NCBI RefSeq assembly: GCF_009834535.1
Contig: NC_045697.1
Span: forward strand, 97,714,001-97,778,000
From: Camelus ferus
Taxonomy: Eukaryota
DNA length: 64,000 nucleotides
Reading direction: 5' to 3'
Of the stretch, positions 26,821 through 39,432 are shown piece by piece (within the stretch, counting starts at the first letter, position 1; every line of letters starts with the position of its first letter). The notes beneath the pieces are model-generated. The model was not told the DNA's origin. It did no database searches and worked only from the letters and a program-made list of their open reading frames with translations. Position numbers and translations under genes: made by a program.

Positions 26821-26921
26821 ATCTATCAACCTTTCCCTCCACACATCCTCATATCAACTTCCATAAGCCACTGAGATTTTAGGGCTGATTTGCTGTGATA
26901 GTTAGGCTACCTTAACAAATG
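26821..26921 (+). mobile_element. MLT1 LTR, 3' part
   Basis: taagccactgagattttagggctgatttgctg...accttaacaaat matches the MLT1 3' terminus and completes the LTR at 13539-13871. Confidence 0.7.
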
Positions 26922-27090
26922 TGCCTCTAGGCTGTCCCAGTGACAGATTATTTATTAGTGTGGGACTTGCTGCTCCTTAGCAATTATTGATCCCAACTGA
27001 GACATGCCAGTTGCTACTAAATTCATCCTCACAATGTGTGTAACCTCGCCTCCCACACGTCAGGTTTCTGGCTGTCACCACTATACACTA

Positions 27091-27412
27091 TAGGAAAGGT
27101 CCGCCAACCAGAGCCTGCAGGCCGAGTCAGCCAACAGTTCTCGTGCGACCCACAAGCAAAGGATGGCTTTAGATCTTCAAATGGTTGGGGGGAAAAATCA
27201 AAAGAATAACATTTCACATCATGTAAATTATATAAAATTCAATTTTCAATGCCCATAAATAAAGTTTTATTGGAACACAATTATGTCCATTCATTTACAT
27301 ATTTTCTCTGGCTGCTTTTATGCTACAGCAGCAGAGCTGAACAGCTGTGACAGACAGAGACCATATGGCCCACAAAGCCTAAAATATTTACTAGCAGGCC
27401 TTTCACAAAAAA
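27091..27412 (+). mobile_element. MER58B-like hAT-Charlie DNA transposon
   Basis: ccataaataaagttttattggaacaca...cattcatttacata...gagaccatatggcccacaaagcctaaaatatttacta. Confidence 0.85.
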
Positions 27413-27504
27413 AGAAAAAGAAAGAATGAAAAAGAAAGAAATGTGCTTAAGACTATACTACAGAAGTTTCCTAAACCGAGCTTTCATTATTAAGAGGCTG
27501 GATA

Positions 27505-27670
27505 GCTCCTCAGAGCAGAGGCTTTGAAGCCTGGCTCCTCCATTTACCAGGTCTGTGATCTTGGGAAATTGATGTATCGTCTCTGTGTGTCAGTACTCAG
27601 TTTATAACAATAACAACATAGAGCTCAGAGGGTGAGAATACCATGAATTATTACATGGCAGGTCCTGAGA
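27505..27670 (+). mobile_element. MIR fragment
   Basis: cctggctcctccatttaccaggtctgtgatcttgggaaatt...ctctgtgtgtcagt. Confidence 0.6.
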
Positions 27671-28819
27671 CTACCGACAATAAAATCAGCGTTTTTTTCC
27701 TTTTCAGATGTCCTTTCCAATTTAGATTGTGTAATATTATTAAACATACGTGTTTTTTTCAACACTGATCTCTGGAAAAACAAAAATAGCTTTCAAAATT
27801 CACAAATATTATATAACAACAATCTCACAATGTAAATTAATTCATAAATCTGTCTATATTAAATCCTAATGAAGGATTAAGGGGCAATGGCAGAGAGATT
27901 TTTAATCCTGGGAATATTACTTAAAGTACAAAAAAGGATAAGAAAAAAATGTACATAGTAGGTGAGAGATTAAAAATAACTGGAAATAGAAAAGAATTTC
28001 TTCCTAACATAGTGGAGGGGTTAAGTTTACGCAAAAAAATGAATCTATAGTCTGTATTCCTGAACCCATTTGACTTAACCCTTAAAATCCACTTAACCTT
28101 TAAAATCCACTTAACAAAATAAACTCAAGATGCTAGAATATAAAGAAATATAATCATTTATATTTTCCCTCCCATATATTTTTAAAGAATTTAATGCTTT
28201 TAATAACACAAAAAAATTTTCTCCAATATACTGATTAGTTGAACACAAGAATTTACCAATGCATCCAGGTCTCCTGGAATAGTAAATCAAGTCTTTTCAT
28301 TTTTGTTCTCCAAGTTTTTACAAGATTTCTGTAGGCAAGTTAACTGTTTAGGTATTTAATAAAAATAGATTCAAAGAGCAGCAACTTCTAGCCTTTCCAG
28401 GAAATTTTAGGATTAGATATGAATTTGGATGTGTTGGTACAAATTTGCTTAAATTCATAAATATATTTGCATATTTGCATATTTGTAGCTCATTTTTACT
28501 TCTGCTTTTAGGTTTGCTTTCAGCTTATGTGATAATATTCATGGAATTTTCTTTTTCACTGGCAACATTGTTAGCAGTGTGAGATAAAGTTTTATTGATA
28601 GTCATACATTCAGTTTATTTAACTTAAGCCATATACATTTGTTGTGTTATCATAATGATAACTTTGACAAATCCATAGCTCGTGTCATGTGTAGAACTAA
28701 AGTAGATACTTTTATTAGAAAGTATACACCTTTATACCCTGACTAATGCATTTAAATAAACCTGGTTTTAGTTTTGTTTGTTCTTGTCTCTCCATTTCCC
28801 CATCATCACACAGTGGTTT

Positions 28820-29105
28820 TATATGGGTAAAAAATTTCACACACACAAAGATAATACAGTATGTTCCATTTATGGGAAATTCAAGAACAAGCAAAGCTAA
28901 TTGGTAGTAATAAAAGTCACAATAGTGGTTACCTCTGATTGCGAGTGGGTGCAGGTATCGGCTGCAAAAAGGCACGAGGAAACCTTCTGGAGAAATGAAA
29001 CTTTTCCTATCTTTAATCTGGGTAGTCATTACAGGAGTGGACATGTGTAAAAACGTATCAAGCTGTATACGTTTATTTCAATAAAGTGTGTATTTCAATA
29101 AAGTG
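28820..29105 (+). mobile_element. Old L1 (L1MB/ME-like) 3' end
   Basis: atacagtatgttccatttatgggaaattcaagaacaagcaaagctaa...aatagtggttacct...aaaccttctgg...tcaataaag. Confidence 0.75.
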
Positions 29106-31198
29106 CACCACAATGTTTAAAGAGAAAATGAGAAAGAGTAATATCCGGATTATCCCACAGTAGAGATTTAGAACTGTAGCTCATCAGTAGAATTGGAAAC
29201 AGTTGTGCACAAAGTGAATGAAAAGAGGCCAAGTCACGAAGTAAGATTCCACAGCGGGTGGGAAACTAAAAGTCATCCCGGGGACACTGAACAGTGGTGA
29301 GAGCAGTAGCAAAACACTCCAAGTCTAGCTTTCCATTGTTCTTCATTCACCCTCTGAAATCACCACAGCCTTTTCTTACTCCTGTTGCCATCCTCAACAT
29401 AAAAAAACATCTGGGAAAGCAGGCAACACACAACAGCAGCTGTTACTATTGGCAGCGAGGAAAGGAAGAGAAGACAGAGATGGCAGCGTGGAGCAGAACA
29501 GCCGTAAAACCGGGCCAAGTAGCAGCAGCGTGCCCAAGGATGGCAGAGAACTGAGTACCAGCAAGGGCGGCCAGCAACATTTCCACTTTCTAAAGCTCCT
29601 AAGAAACTTAAACACAAGTAACTGTTCTTAGTCAAATCATGGATCCATAACCAATAATTCAAATGCCCTTTTCATAAAAACATGCCCAGCTTCTCAGTAC
29701 CCCAAACCACTTATTCTCACCCTGATATTTTTACTAACATCTTTCAGCTTACTAAGTACTTAAGAGTTTGCTAAGTAAATCTTGGGTAAGAGGAAATACC
29801 TGGCAACACATTTGCTGGCTTCTTTGTATTTCTCAGCAATTTCACAGAGCCTTGGTAAGTAAGCTGTGAACCTGCCATCAACATGCCTGCCAAGGACAGG
29901 CGAGCAAGAGACAAAGACTAGGACACCAGGGCACTTAGGAGGAGACCCTGCATAAAGCCCAAAGGAAGATAATAGGATAAATCCAAATGTAAAGTTATTA
30001 TGACAAATACGAGTAAATGAAAAACCCATGGTAGCCGTGGTACTCCTATGGTAAAAAAGAAAAGTTGTCAGGTTGCAATTTTTTTTTAAATCAAAAACAG
30101 GAAAACTTTATCCAAAAGAAAGTTGGTACTGACTAGAATTTTAACAAAAACCAATATTAAAAATAAAGTTATATATTGATAAATGAGTTGACTTTTTTTT
30201 CCAGTAAAAAAAATTCTAAACTTCTATTCACCAAATAAAGTTTTGTAAAGTAAAAACCAGCTGAAAGAATTACAAAGAGGAATTCACAGATTTACCACAG
30301 CAAGAGGGTTTTAACACAGCTCTCTTGGATAGATCCATCTACCCAAACCAGAAAGTATATAGAAAAATTAAAGAACAAAATAATAATGTAAAGAACATAT
30401 TCCTGAGGAATTATTTTAAGCATACATCAAGCATTTATGAAAATTTATGTAAATTTCTATAAATTCAAAATAATCATTATAAAACACCATGCCCTAAGTT
30501 AATTTTTAAAAATTTAAGATAAGTAGATCTTCCCTGTTAGCTAAAGTTTAAGAATACAAACCTATATAAATCCTGAATCAAAGATAAATCATACTGAGAT
30601 ACAATGAATTTAGATGTAAATCATAAAATACTTACAGGATTCAGGTTATGTGATACACTGAGGTAAATAAACTTTAAGTTAAAAGCATATTTTAAATGCT
30701 AATTTTAGGACAGATATGTGTAAAGGATTAAATGAAAAGACTAATTCACTAATATAAGAAAGAAAAAGATTAGAATACATCAGAAGAATATAAAAACAAG
30801 GAATAATAAAAACAAAAATTCATTACACATAAAACAAAAATACAAAAGAAAAGCCAAAATAAAAATATTTTTAAAGACTAATATTTTAAAATCTATGGTA
30901 AGAGTGGTTAAGAAAAATGTACTCTAATATATTTGAGAAGCTATAAGAAATGACAACTTTCTAGAAAAATAAGTTGTATCAAAATGGGCTGAGGAAGAAA
31001 CTGACAACTTGAATAGTACAATAACTATTTAAGATTGAACTGATAGCTGAGTATCTTTCTCTCATTAAAACCCACAGATCTAAGTGATATCAGGATTACC
31101 AAATAATCAAAAGACAAGTGATTACAACTCTATTATGATTCGTTCAAAGAATAGGAAAAAAAATAGCTTCAACTTATTGTACAAGCCAGCATAATCTT

Positions 31199-31661
31199 TG
31201 TTTTTTTTTTTTTAATAGATTTTATACTTTTAGAGCAGTTTCAGGTTAGCAGCAGAATTGAGAAGAAAATACAGGGAGTTTGCACATAGCCCTCCCCACC
31301 TACACATACATACTCTCCTACCCTCAACATCCCTCATCAGCGTGGCATAGTTGGTACAATCGATGAAACAACAGGGACACATTATTATCAACCAAAGTCC
31401 ATAGTTTACATTAGGGTTCACTCTTGATGTTGTGCATTCTATGGGTTTTGACAAATGCATAATGACATGTAGCCACCACTATAGTATCATATAGAATAAT
31501 TTCACTGCCCTAAAAATCCCTTGTGCTCCATTTATTTATTCCTCCCGCCCTCCTTCTCTCCAAACCCCTGGAAACCAAGATCTTTTTATTGTTTTTGTAG
31601 CTGTGCCTTTTCCAGAATGTCATCTGTTTGGAATCACACAGTTTGTAGCCTTTTCAGACTG
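31199..31661 (-). mobile_element. L1MC1/2-like 3'-end fragment with target-site duplication
   Basis: Poly-T head and ccaaagtccatagtttacattagggttcactcttg motif. TSD caagccagcataatctt (31182-31198) / caaaccagcataatctt (31662-31678). Confidence 0.88.
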
Positions 31662-32519
31662 CAAACCAGCATAATCTTATCAATACCATGTATGGACATA
31701 TGAGAAAGAAAAAAATATGGATAAATTCCATTCTTAAATATGGAAACAAAAAATCCTGAGTAAATAATCAGGAAGGTGAATCTTTCAATATATAAAACCA
31801 TGACCAAGTTGGATTTATCTTGGGAATTCAAGTTCGGAACGACATTGTGAAAGTTCACTAATTAATGGATTGAGAAAATACCGTTAAACATCTTAAAGAC
31901 ACTCCTGAAGAAGTAAGACAAGGTGAAGAGATTTACCAACCATAGGTACCATGCCACAGAAACCAATCCAAAATGTTATGAATGTAGAAATAGAAAAATA
32001 AATTAATACAATAGAACAGTGTCCAGAAAAAAAGATCCACTCTAGACATATATCCTAGAGCGAGAAGACATATGTACAAATGTTTATGGAAGCACACTTT
32101 GTAATAGCAAACAAACTAAAACAACCAAATATATATCAGAAACTGAGTAAAATAAATTGCCTTACATTAATATAAAGTCACACTCTTTGAAAGTTAGAAG
32201 AAATTAAATATGGCTACAGGCAGTAACATGAAAATGAAGTTGAGAAACAATGCTAAGTGAAAAATTCTAGAATAGTACATATAGTGATTTAATTTAGACA
32301 ATTTTTTAAAATATACAAGTAATGTATAAATACATATGTGTAAATACACATGTGTTAATTTATAAATAAAAATGTATTAAACCATAAAGAAAAATAAGAA
32401 AATAAGAAACAATATTTCAGATATAGATTGTGTATGGAGGGGAAGGGGAACCTGACAGGATCAGTAAAGAGTACTGGGGATTTCAAAGGAACTCAAAATA
32501 TAGAAATAAATAATATAGC

Positions 32520-33550
32520 TAAATACCATACAACTTAATAACAACAACAACAAAAAACCCAATCCAAAAATAGGCAGAAGACCTAAACAAGCAATTCTCC
32601 AAGGAAGACATACAAATGGCCAATAGGCACATGAAAACATGTTCAACATCACTAATTATCAGAGAAATGCAAATCAAAACTACAATGAAGTATCACCTTA
32701 TACTGGTCAGAATGGTCATCATTCAAAAGTCCACAAATGATAAATGCTGGAGAGGGTGTGGAGAAAAGGGAACCCTCCTACACTGTTGGTGGGAATTTGT
32801 TGGTTGCAGCAATTATGGAAAACAGTACTGAGATTCCTCAGACAGGTAAAAATAGACTTACCTTATGATCCAGCAATCCCACTCCTGGGCATATATCCAG
32901 AGGGAACTCTTAATTTGAAAAGATAAATGCACCTCAATATTCATAGCACCACTATATACAACAGCCAATACATGGAAGCAACCTAAATGTCCATTAACAG
33001 ATGAATGGATAAAGAAGTTGTGGTATATTTACACAGTGGAATACTACTCAGCCATAAAAACGAATAAAATAATGCCATTTGCAGCAACATGAATGGACCT
33101 GGAGATCATCATTCTAAGTGAAGTAAGCCAGAAAGAGAAAGAAAAATACCATCTGATATCACTGATATGTGGAATTAAAAAAAAAAGAAAAGAAAAATGA
33201 GGACACTATCCATTTACAAAACAGAAACAGACTCGCAGACATAGTAAATAATCTTATGGTTACTGGGGGAAAGAGAGTGGGAAGGATAAATTTGATAGTT
33301 TGAGATTTGCAAATTTTAGCCACTGTATATAAAAATGGATAAAAAACCAGATTTCTTCTGTATAGTACAGGGAACTATATTCAATACCTTGTAATAATTT
33401 TTAATGAAAAATAATTTGAAAAAATATATATATATACACATGTATATATGTGTGTGTATACATATATATACACATACACATGACTGGGACATTGTGCTGT
33501 ACACCAGAAGTTGACACATTGTAACTAACTATACTTCAATTTAAAAAAAA
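32520..33550 (+). mobile_element. 5'-truncated camelid-type L1
   Basis: [36 protein letters not shown]; 3'UTR ends tgtaactaactatacttcaatttaaaaaaaaa. Confidence 0.92.
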
Positions 33551-33859
33551 ATTTTTAAGAGAAAAAAAGAAATAGTATTATAGAAATATATGCAGAATAA
33601 CAGAATATAATTAATAATATATATAGCATATATAATATATATAGGAACATAGAAATGCTATTTATTTCTTACTCTGGGTGGTTGACAGCTTCACACGTGT
33701 ATACCTTCTGTTTACTCTATAGCTTACCGTAGGTATTTTGTATGCCTTTGATGCTTTAAAAAGCTATCAGAAAATATATAACCATGCATACAGTAGTGCT
33801 TTTTAAAAAAAAAAAATTAAGTATTTTTCTTTCAACAATAGACTTACCTAGATGCAAAG

Positions 33860-34025
33860 ATGCTAAAAGCAGACAGCTTCAGTTTGCATAATGACTTTTT
33901 CCCTAATTAGTTCTGTAACCTTGGGCAACATCTCTAACCTCTCTCTGCTTCAGTTTCCTCATCTGTAAAATAGTAATTTAGAACACCATCAGTCATGCAG
34001 GAAACATTCAATAAATGTTAGCTAT
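33860..34025 (+). mobile_element. MIR
   Basis: tgtaaccttgggcaacatctctaacctctctctgcttcagtttcctcatctgtaaaat. Confidence 0.75.
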
Positions 34026-34476
34026 ACTGGCATGGAGTAATAAAAATCACTTTAAAACAATATTAATCAAAGGATACTGCCATTAGCTTTGAGAAAAAAA
34101 TATTTGTTATGCATGACCTTTAGATTGTAATTATTAATTTTTTTTAACTATTCTGACAGGTAAAATCTGTGACACACACAGACAAATCTGATAAAACTAA
34201 CTTTAACAGCTGAGAAAGTACAGTATTTAAATCCACTTACCACAAAGAAGGACAAGCAAGTTCTTAAAACTGAGGGGCCTACAATAATTTACTGAGCAGA
34301 TGCTACAAGCTCACCACCCTAAAAGGTCTCCCGACCTATGCGACCTTAAGAGGACCATCTTCACAGCAGAGCCTAATGAAGCCTGCCCTTCTGTCTGGTA
34401 CATTAACTCAAGCACATAACTACCAGCTGGAAAGCTGGGGCCTTAACAATTTCAGGCACATGCAGAAGAACTTCCC

Positions 34477-34662
34477 CAGTGGTTTGCACCCTTAGCTAGA
34501 CACTAGAAATACCTAGGGAGTTTTAAAAACATTCTTATGCCCAGGTCACACCCAAGCCAATTTAATCAGGATTTCTGGGAATGGGACCCAGGAAGCACTA
34601 AGTTTAAAAATCTTGGCAGGAGATTCTAAAAATGCAGCGAAGGTTGAGAAAAACCATCCTAG
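34477..34662. mobile_element. MER5-family hAT-Charlie MITE
   Basis: cagtggtt...tagaaatacctagggagttttaaaa...atgcccagg...gattctaaaaatgcagcgaaggttgagaaa. Confidence 0.75.
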
Positions 34663-36034
34663 AACAAGTCCCCATCACTCTACCCTGAAAAATCCAGTCT
34701 GCCCCACGTGGGTGGAATTTTACTTGTTCCTGGATAAGCTAGCCTACCGAGGATTGATGGTCTGAAGTCGTAAAGGTTCATTTTTTTTGTGTGTGTGTTA
34801 AGGTAAAGCCTTTGTTTTATGTATATAAAAACCGTAAAATGAACAAACCACTGAGGAACCTATGGATTAACCTATGGTTAAAATCCTGTGTAAAGTCATA
34901 CAACTCAGGAAAATATCAGTCACAAGTATACATCAGCATGCATTACCCCACCGACCACGGAGTCCTGAACGATCACGTCATGGTCGTGAAACTACTTACA
35001 ATTCACAATGACATTGAAAAAGCACTCTTCAGTCTCCATGAGACGTGTACCAAATAGGCAAAAAATGAGATGTGGGTTCATCCCCTTTCATAGATGGGAA
35101 AGTCCATTTAGACTCTTAAAACAAAAACTAAGATCTGGTATGATTATTAGAAAGTATGTTCCTAACTGAATCATACAATGTAAATCAAAAGTCTGTGGGC
35201 ACCAACTATAGAGTCCTGCAGTATAAGACTTCTGAGTTTAAATGTAGGCATATTTCTTATACTTAAGTTATAAGAAGCTGCCTATTATTTTCTTGGAGAC
35301 ATTTACTTATATTATACCACTTTCAAAAAGGTTGACTAAGCTGACCCTTTTCAGCACAGATACACAGATTTTAAGACATTTTATTATTTAGTTCAGTTTT
35401 TGAAAACAGACTGTTTTTTCAAGACAATTCTTTATACAGATGCTTAAGCCTAGCTCAGATATTTCTGTTTACCACTCACTTGGAGGATTTTTTCCCCCTG
35501 TTGTGCACTCTGATTTAATCATCATCTTCATGTCTTGAATATGTTAGCAGAGAGGCAAATGCTATCAATTATTGTGATTCTTACAGTGAAAATTCATCTT
35601 CATCTATTAGAAAGACTAACCATATAGTGATTTTGAGTAGAATTATTAATAAGCATCATTCTCCTCTTGTAAGGGAAAGAAAAGTACAAGAATGATTAAA
35701 GACACAGGTAAGAGCAGATCTTAACTACACTGGGAAAAAGAAAAATATTTAAGAGAATTGGAATAGAAGAGACAGAAATGGACGTAGGTTTCTAGAGATG
35801 GTCCCTAATGTCATGGTAGATGGAATTTTCCATTTACTCAAAGGCACATGAATCTAACCAATGTATAAAGTATCCTTTTGTTATTGGCAGGAAAATTAAG
35901 ATATTTGGGTGAATTAGGGTAGAGATGCGCCAGAAGACAAGGGGAGAGTAGGTCCAATACTGGAGATGATGAGCAGAACTGTATCAAAACTAACCAGCAA
36001 AACCCATGGTAAAAGACATACACAGAACTGAGGG

Positions 36035-36400
36035 CTGTGTAGAGATGCCGTCTGTGCTCCTACAGTTCCCCTTTACTGGGCTGGTGCACCACATCCACCG
36101 TGGATGTTGCTTACTAATGGTTCCCCACAGCTACCCCTTTCTCCAGAGAACTGACCTCGGCCTTGGAATGTTTATCGCCATCACCTCTTCCCAACAGTTC
36201 AACTGATGAGAGAGAAAAAAGGTTGCCCCTTATCCTCAACCCTTCACTTCACCAGCCTCCAAACTGGATCAACTCTGTGGTATAATTCAGCTCCAGAGTC
36301 CTGTTTGGGATCAGGATAAAGCTAGTCTCACATTCTCTGAGAATACTCCCCCAAACCCCGTGAGTAACAATCCCCAGCTTGGGCTGTCTTGGGAACCTCA
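36035..36400 (+). mobile_element. LTR16-family (ERVL) solo LTR fragment
   Basis: ttcccctttactgggctggtgcacc...aactctgtggtataattcagctccagag...gggatcagg; similar to the LTRs at 51.7 and 56.9 kb. Confidence 0.7.
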
Positions 36401-37106
36401 TCTAAACTCTTGAAGTTCTGTACTCTTAGCCAGCATGGAGCGAGGGATGTGTCAATTAAGAGAAAGCCTGAACTCATGGCTCAAGGGATTTCTTGCGGCT
36501 GGGGACGAGGTACGCCAACATCCCAGGACCTACCTTCTTGTTGTGTAAAAAAATATAAATTGCATATCTCCACGCTCCAGGTCTTTCTCACATCATAAGG
36601 CTACTGGTAGTTTTAGTGCACTGGGCCTGTCATACTTTCCAAAGAGCATACCTTGATTGTGAACATGGGTGTCCAGCCCTTGTGGACAACCAGCCTCCAG
36701 CTCCCGATGGCACATAGGAATGACAACAGTATAATCTGGCAGAAACACATTTGCATTTTACATTCAACAAACTCTTTGGGTTTGTAAGGCTTTACTTTTC
36801 AGTGACTTGATGTGTTTTACCTGAGGTACAAAGCGGTGATGATCTGGCCTGCCTCCACCAGACAGTTCCTCAAGACTTACTTGTTGACCTTTACTCTGTA
36901 GGACTCACTGACAAGGGTGTGTTCGCCACCCCACGGGAGAGAACACAGTCAAAGGCCCACCTGGACTCGGCAAGTTCCACAGACTTCCGTTAAGGAATCC
37001 TGAACGATAAATGTTGGCAAATAATTCTCTGTTCTACACCAGTTCTAAACTAGCTGCAAGAGACAGCCCCCAAGAAAAGATACTACTTGAAATTCAAAGT
37101 CGAGTA

Positions 37107-37299
37107 GAGGGTTGCCAAATTCAGCAAATGGAAATATAAAACACCCAGTTAAATTTGAAATTCAGATAAGCAATGACTAATTTTTTTTCCAAGTAAGTAT
37201 ATCCAAATATTACAGGAGAATCACTTATACTAAAATTTTTAATTGTTTATCTGAAATTCAAATGTAACAGTGAGTGCCATGTTTTCTCTGATAACTCTA
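37107..37299. mobile_element. MER53 palindromic hAT MITE
   Basis: agggttgcca...cccagttaaatttgaaattcagataagcaat / attgtttatctgaaattcaaatgtaac...ctgataactct inverted-repeat structure. Confidence 0.88.
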
Positions 37300-38099
37300 C
37301 CCAGGGGTACACCTAAGCGGAGGAGGATTCTCACCAGGAGGTGCTCTTCGACCACAGCCATCTGTCACAGGTGGATGGCGGAAGGTGGGGGAGCAGTGGC
37401 TTCCCCGGGAAGGCCAGCTCAGCCCCCCAGGCCTCCAGATGTGTCTGTGAGACCATCACACCTGAGACAACCCAGGCTTCATCTCGTGTGCCACAGGCCG
37501 CCAAGCCAAGCTTTGAACACTCCACATGGCTAAAGGTACAGAATCCAACCCTTTCCTACTGTAAAATTTCTCTGGTATCATTCACAACATTCCAGAGAGT
37601 GACTCAGCCTCCCACACCATAACCTTTCTCTAAATGCCTTCACATAGAGTTCATCACTCAAGTGCGATAAAAAAAAATTACTCCATTTAAAGTATGATGT
37701 CCTCCTTGCCTATCTTGTAGACTGCATCAAACAAACTGGCCAGATACAAAGTTCCGTCTAAGTTCAGATGCTGATAAAAATGATGACTCAATTTTGTTTG
37801 TATAATCTTTCATTTCACTGTTGAAAAAGAAGCCAAAAATATATATTTGGCTTCTGTCACCTGACTAGTTTGCCACTAAGGGGCATCCAGTGTGTGGCAG
37901 TCTTAACAGCCCAGCTGCATTTGCTCTGCACCATGCAGAGCCTGCTTTCCAGGGGAACATGTTGCAGGTCACAAACCACCAACCTGAGACTGGCTCCGAC
38001 CTCCCCAAGGGGCTGGAGAACCATGAGAACACATCCTCGAGAGTTATTTATAAAAAGTGGAGCAAGATAGAGCCCCCATGTATTCATTTGATGGAATTA

Positions 38100-38920
38100 T
38101 GTGTGATATAGGATGAACTAAGAATTAATGAACATATACAATCTGTAAATAGTATGTTTAAATCATTTTTAAAATGACATAAAACTCAATAGGAAAATAG
38201 GTAAATTATAAAACAGGCACTCACAGGAAAAACACAAAATTGACTCAATACATAAACTCGCAATAGCCAAAGGATTGAAAATTGGAATGCACACCCTAAG
38301 TAGCATTTTCATCCATTAGATTTTTAAAAATTGAAAAGATAGATAATATCCAGAATTGACAATGATGAGGGAAAAGAGGCAGTATCATATAGTATTGCTG
38401 AAGAAAATGTAAAATGATAATGCCTATTTAAACAGCATCTTTTTTTAATATTAATACCCATCAATTTACCAGTTCCACTTTGGGTATATATCTTAGTGGA
38501 CTTCTGCACTGTACCAAGAGCAATGAAAAGAAACAATATTGCATGCAATAACCAAAAGTTGTAACTAATCTAAATCTACAAGATATAATAAATATATCTA
38601 TACAATATAGAATAGGCAGTAATTTCAAATTACACATGCATGTATAAATTAAGATATCTAAAATATTTTGTTAAATGAAAAGAGTAATTTTCAGAAAAAT
38701 AGGGACTTGATTTTATTTGTGTAGAAGCAAAATCAAAATATACTTAGTAAGTAGAAAAACATTCACATGGATAAAGACCAACTAATATTAATAATAGTTG
38801 AAAAGAGTGCAATTTGGGGAGAGGAAAGGAGAAGGTTTTCACTCTTACTTCGTATGTTTGAAATTTTAAAATAACCATGGATTTATGTATTGTATAATTG
38901 TAAATGCATAAACACACACA
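38100..38920 (+). mobile_element. Decayed L1ME-like 3' region
   Basis: ataatatccagaattgacaatgatgagggaaaagaggcagtatcatatagtattgctg...ttccactttgggtatatatc. Confidence 0.6.
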
Positions 38921-38926
38921 TATATA

Positions 38927-39432
38927 TAGTGGAATAAGAGTGATCACACATTTTTTTTGAGATTCCTTCCTTTGACAGGTGACATCTGTGTACCTTCCCC
39001 ATGGATCGGGACTCTGTCTATTAAGCTGTACTGACTAATAAAATATGGCAGCATTGATGCTGAAACAGTTCCCAGGCTCACGTCTTGACAGATTGACCAC
39101 TTCTGCTTCTGCTCTCTTGGAACATTCAGTCTCAGGTTGTTCCCTGTGGGACACTAGCCAGCATGCCGTGAGAAGCCTGAGTTATGGGGAGTCAACAGTC
39201 CCCCAGGCCAGCAGTCAGTATCTACGACAGGCCACGTATGTGCGCCATCTTGGACCTTCAGCCTAACCGAGCCTTCAGCACATACTACTACAGCACCAAA
39301 GACTGCACGTAACAACTGCCCAGCCGGGCCCAGACAGCACCCAGGAATTATGAGAGATAATTAAAAGTTGTTGTTTTAAGTCACTCACTAAGCTTTGGGA
39401 TGGTTTATCACATGGCAATAGTTAACAGGAAC
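38927..39432 (+). mobile_element. MLT1 (MLT1G/H-like) solo LTR
   Basis: cttctgcttctgctctcttggaaca...catgccgtgagaagcc...aactgcccagc...ttgttgttttaagtcact...gcaatagttaacaggaaca. Confidence 0.8.

Larger units (their letters stand above)
30050..33790 (+). mobile_element. Highly decayed L1ME-like element hosting two younger L1 insertions
   Basis: Very A-rich with ORF2 traces (accatgaccaagttggatttatcttgggaattcaag; agacatatgtacaaatgtttatggaagcacactttgtaatagcaa). Boundaries approximate. Confidence 0.6.

Noticed and set aside
28073..28115. 18-bp tandem duplication (also a 17-bp duplication at 29074-29105)
   Set aside because: Ordinary two-copy slippage duplications with no spacers; not CRISPR-like.
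29400..29620. GC/CpG-enriched patch as a promoter or CpG island
   Set aside because: Too short and CpG-poor for an island; may be a decayed L1 5' region upstream of the L1ME-like element.
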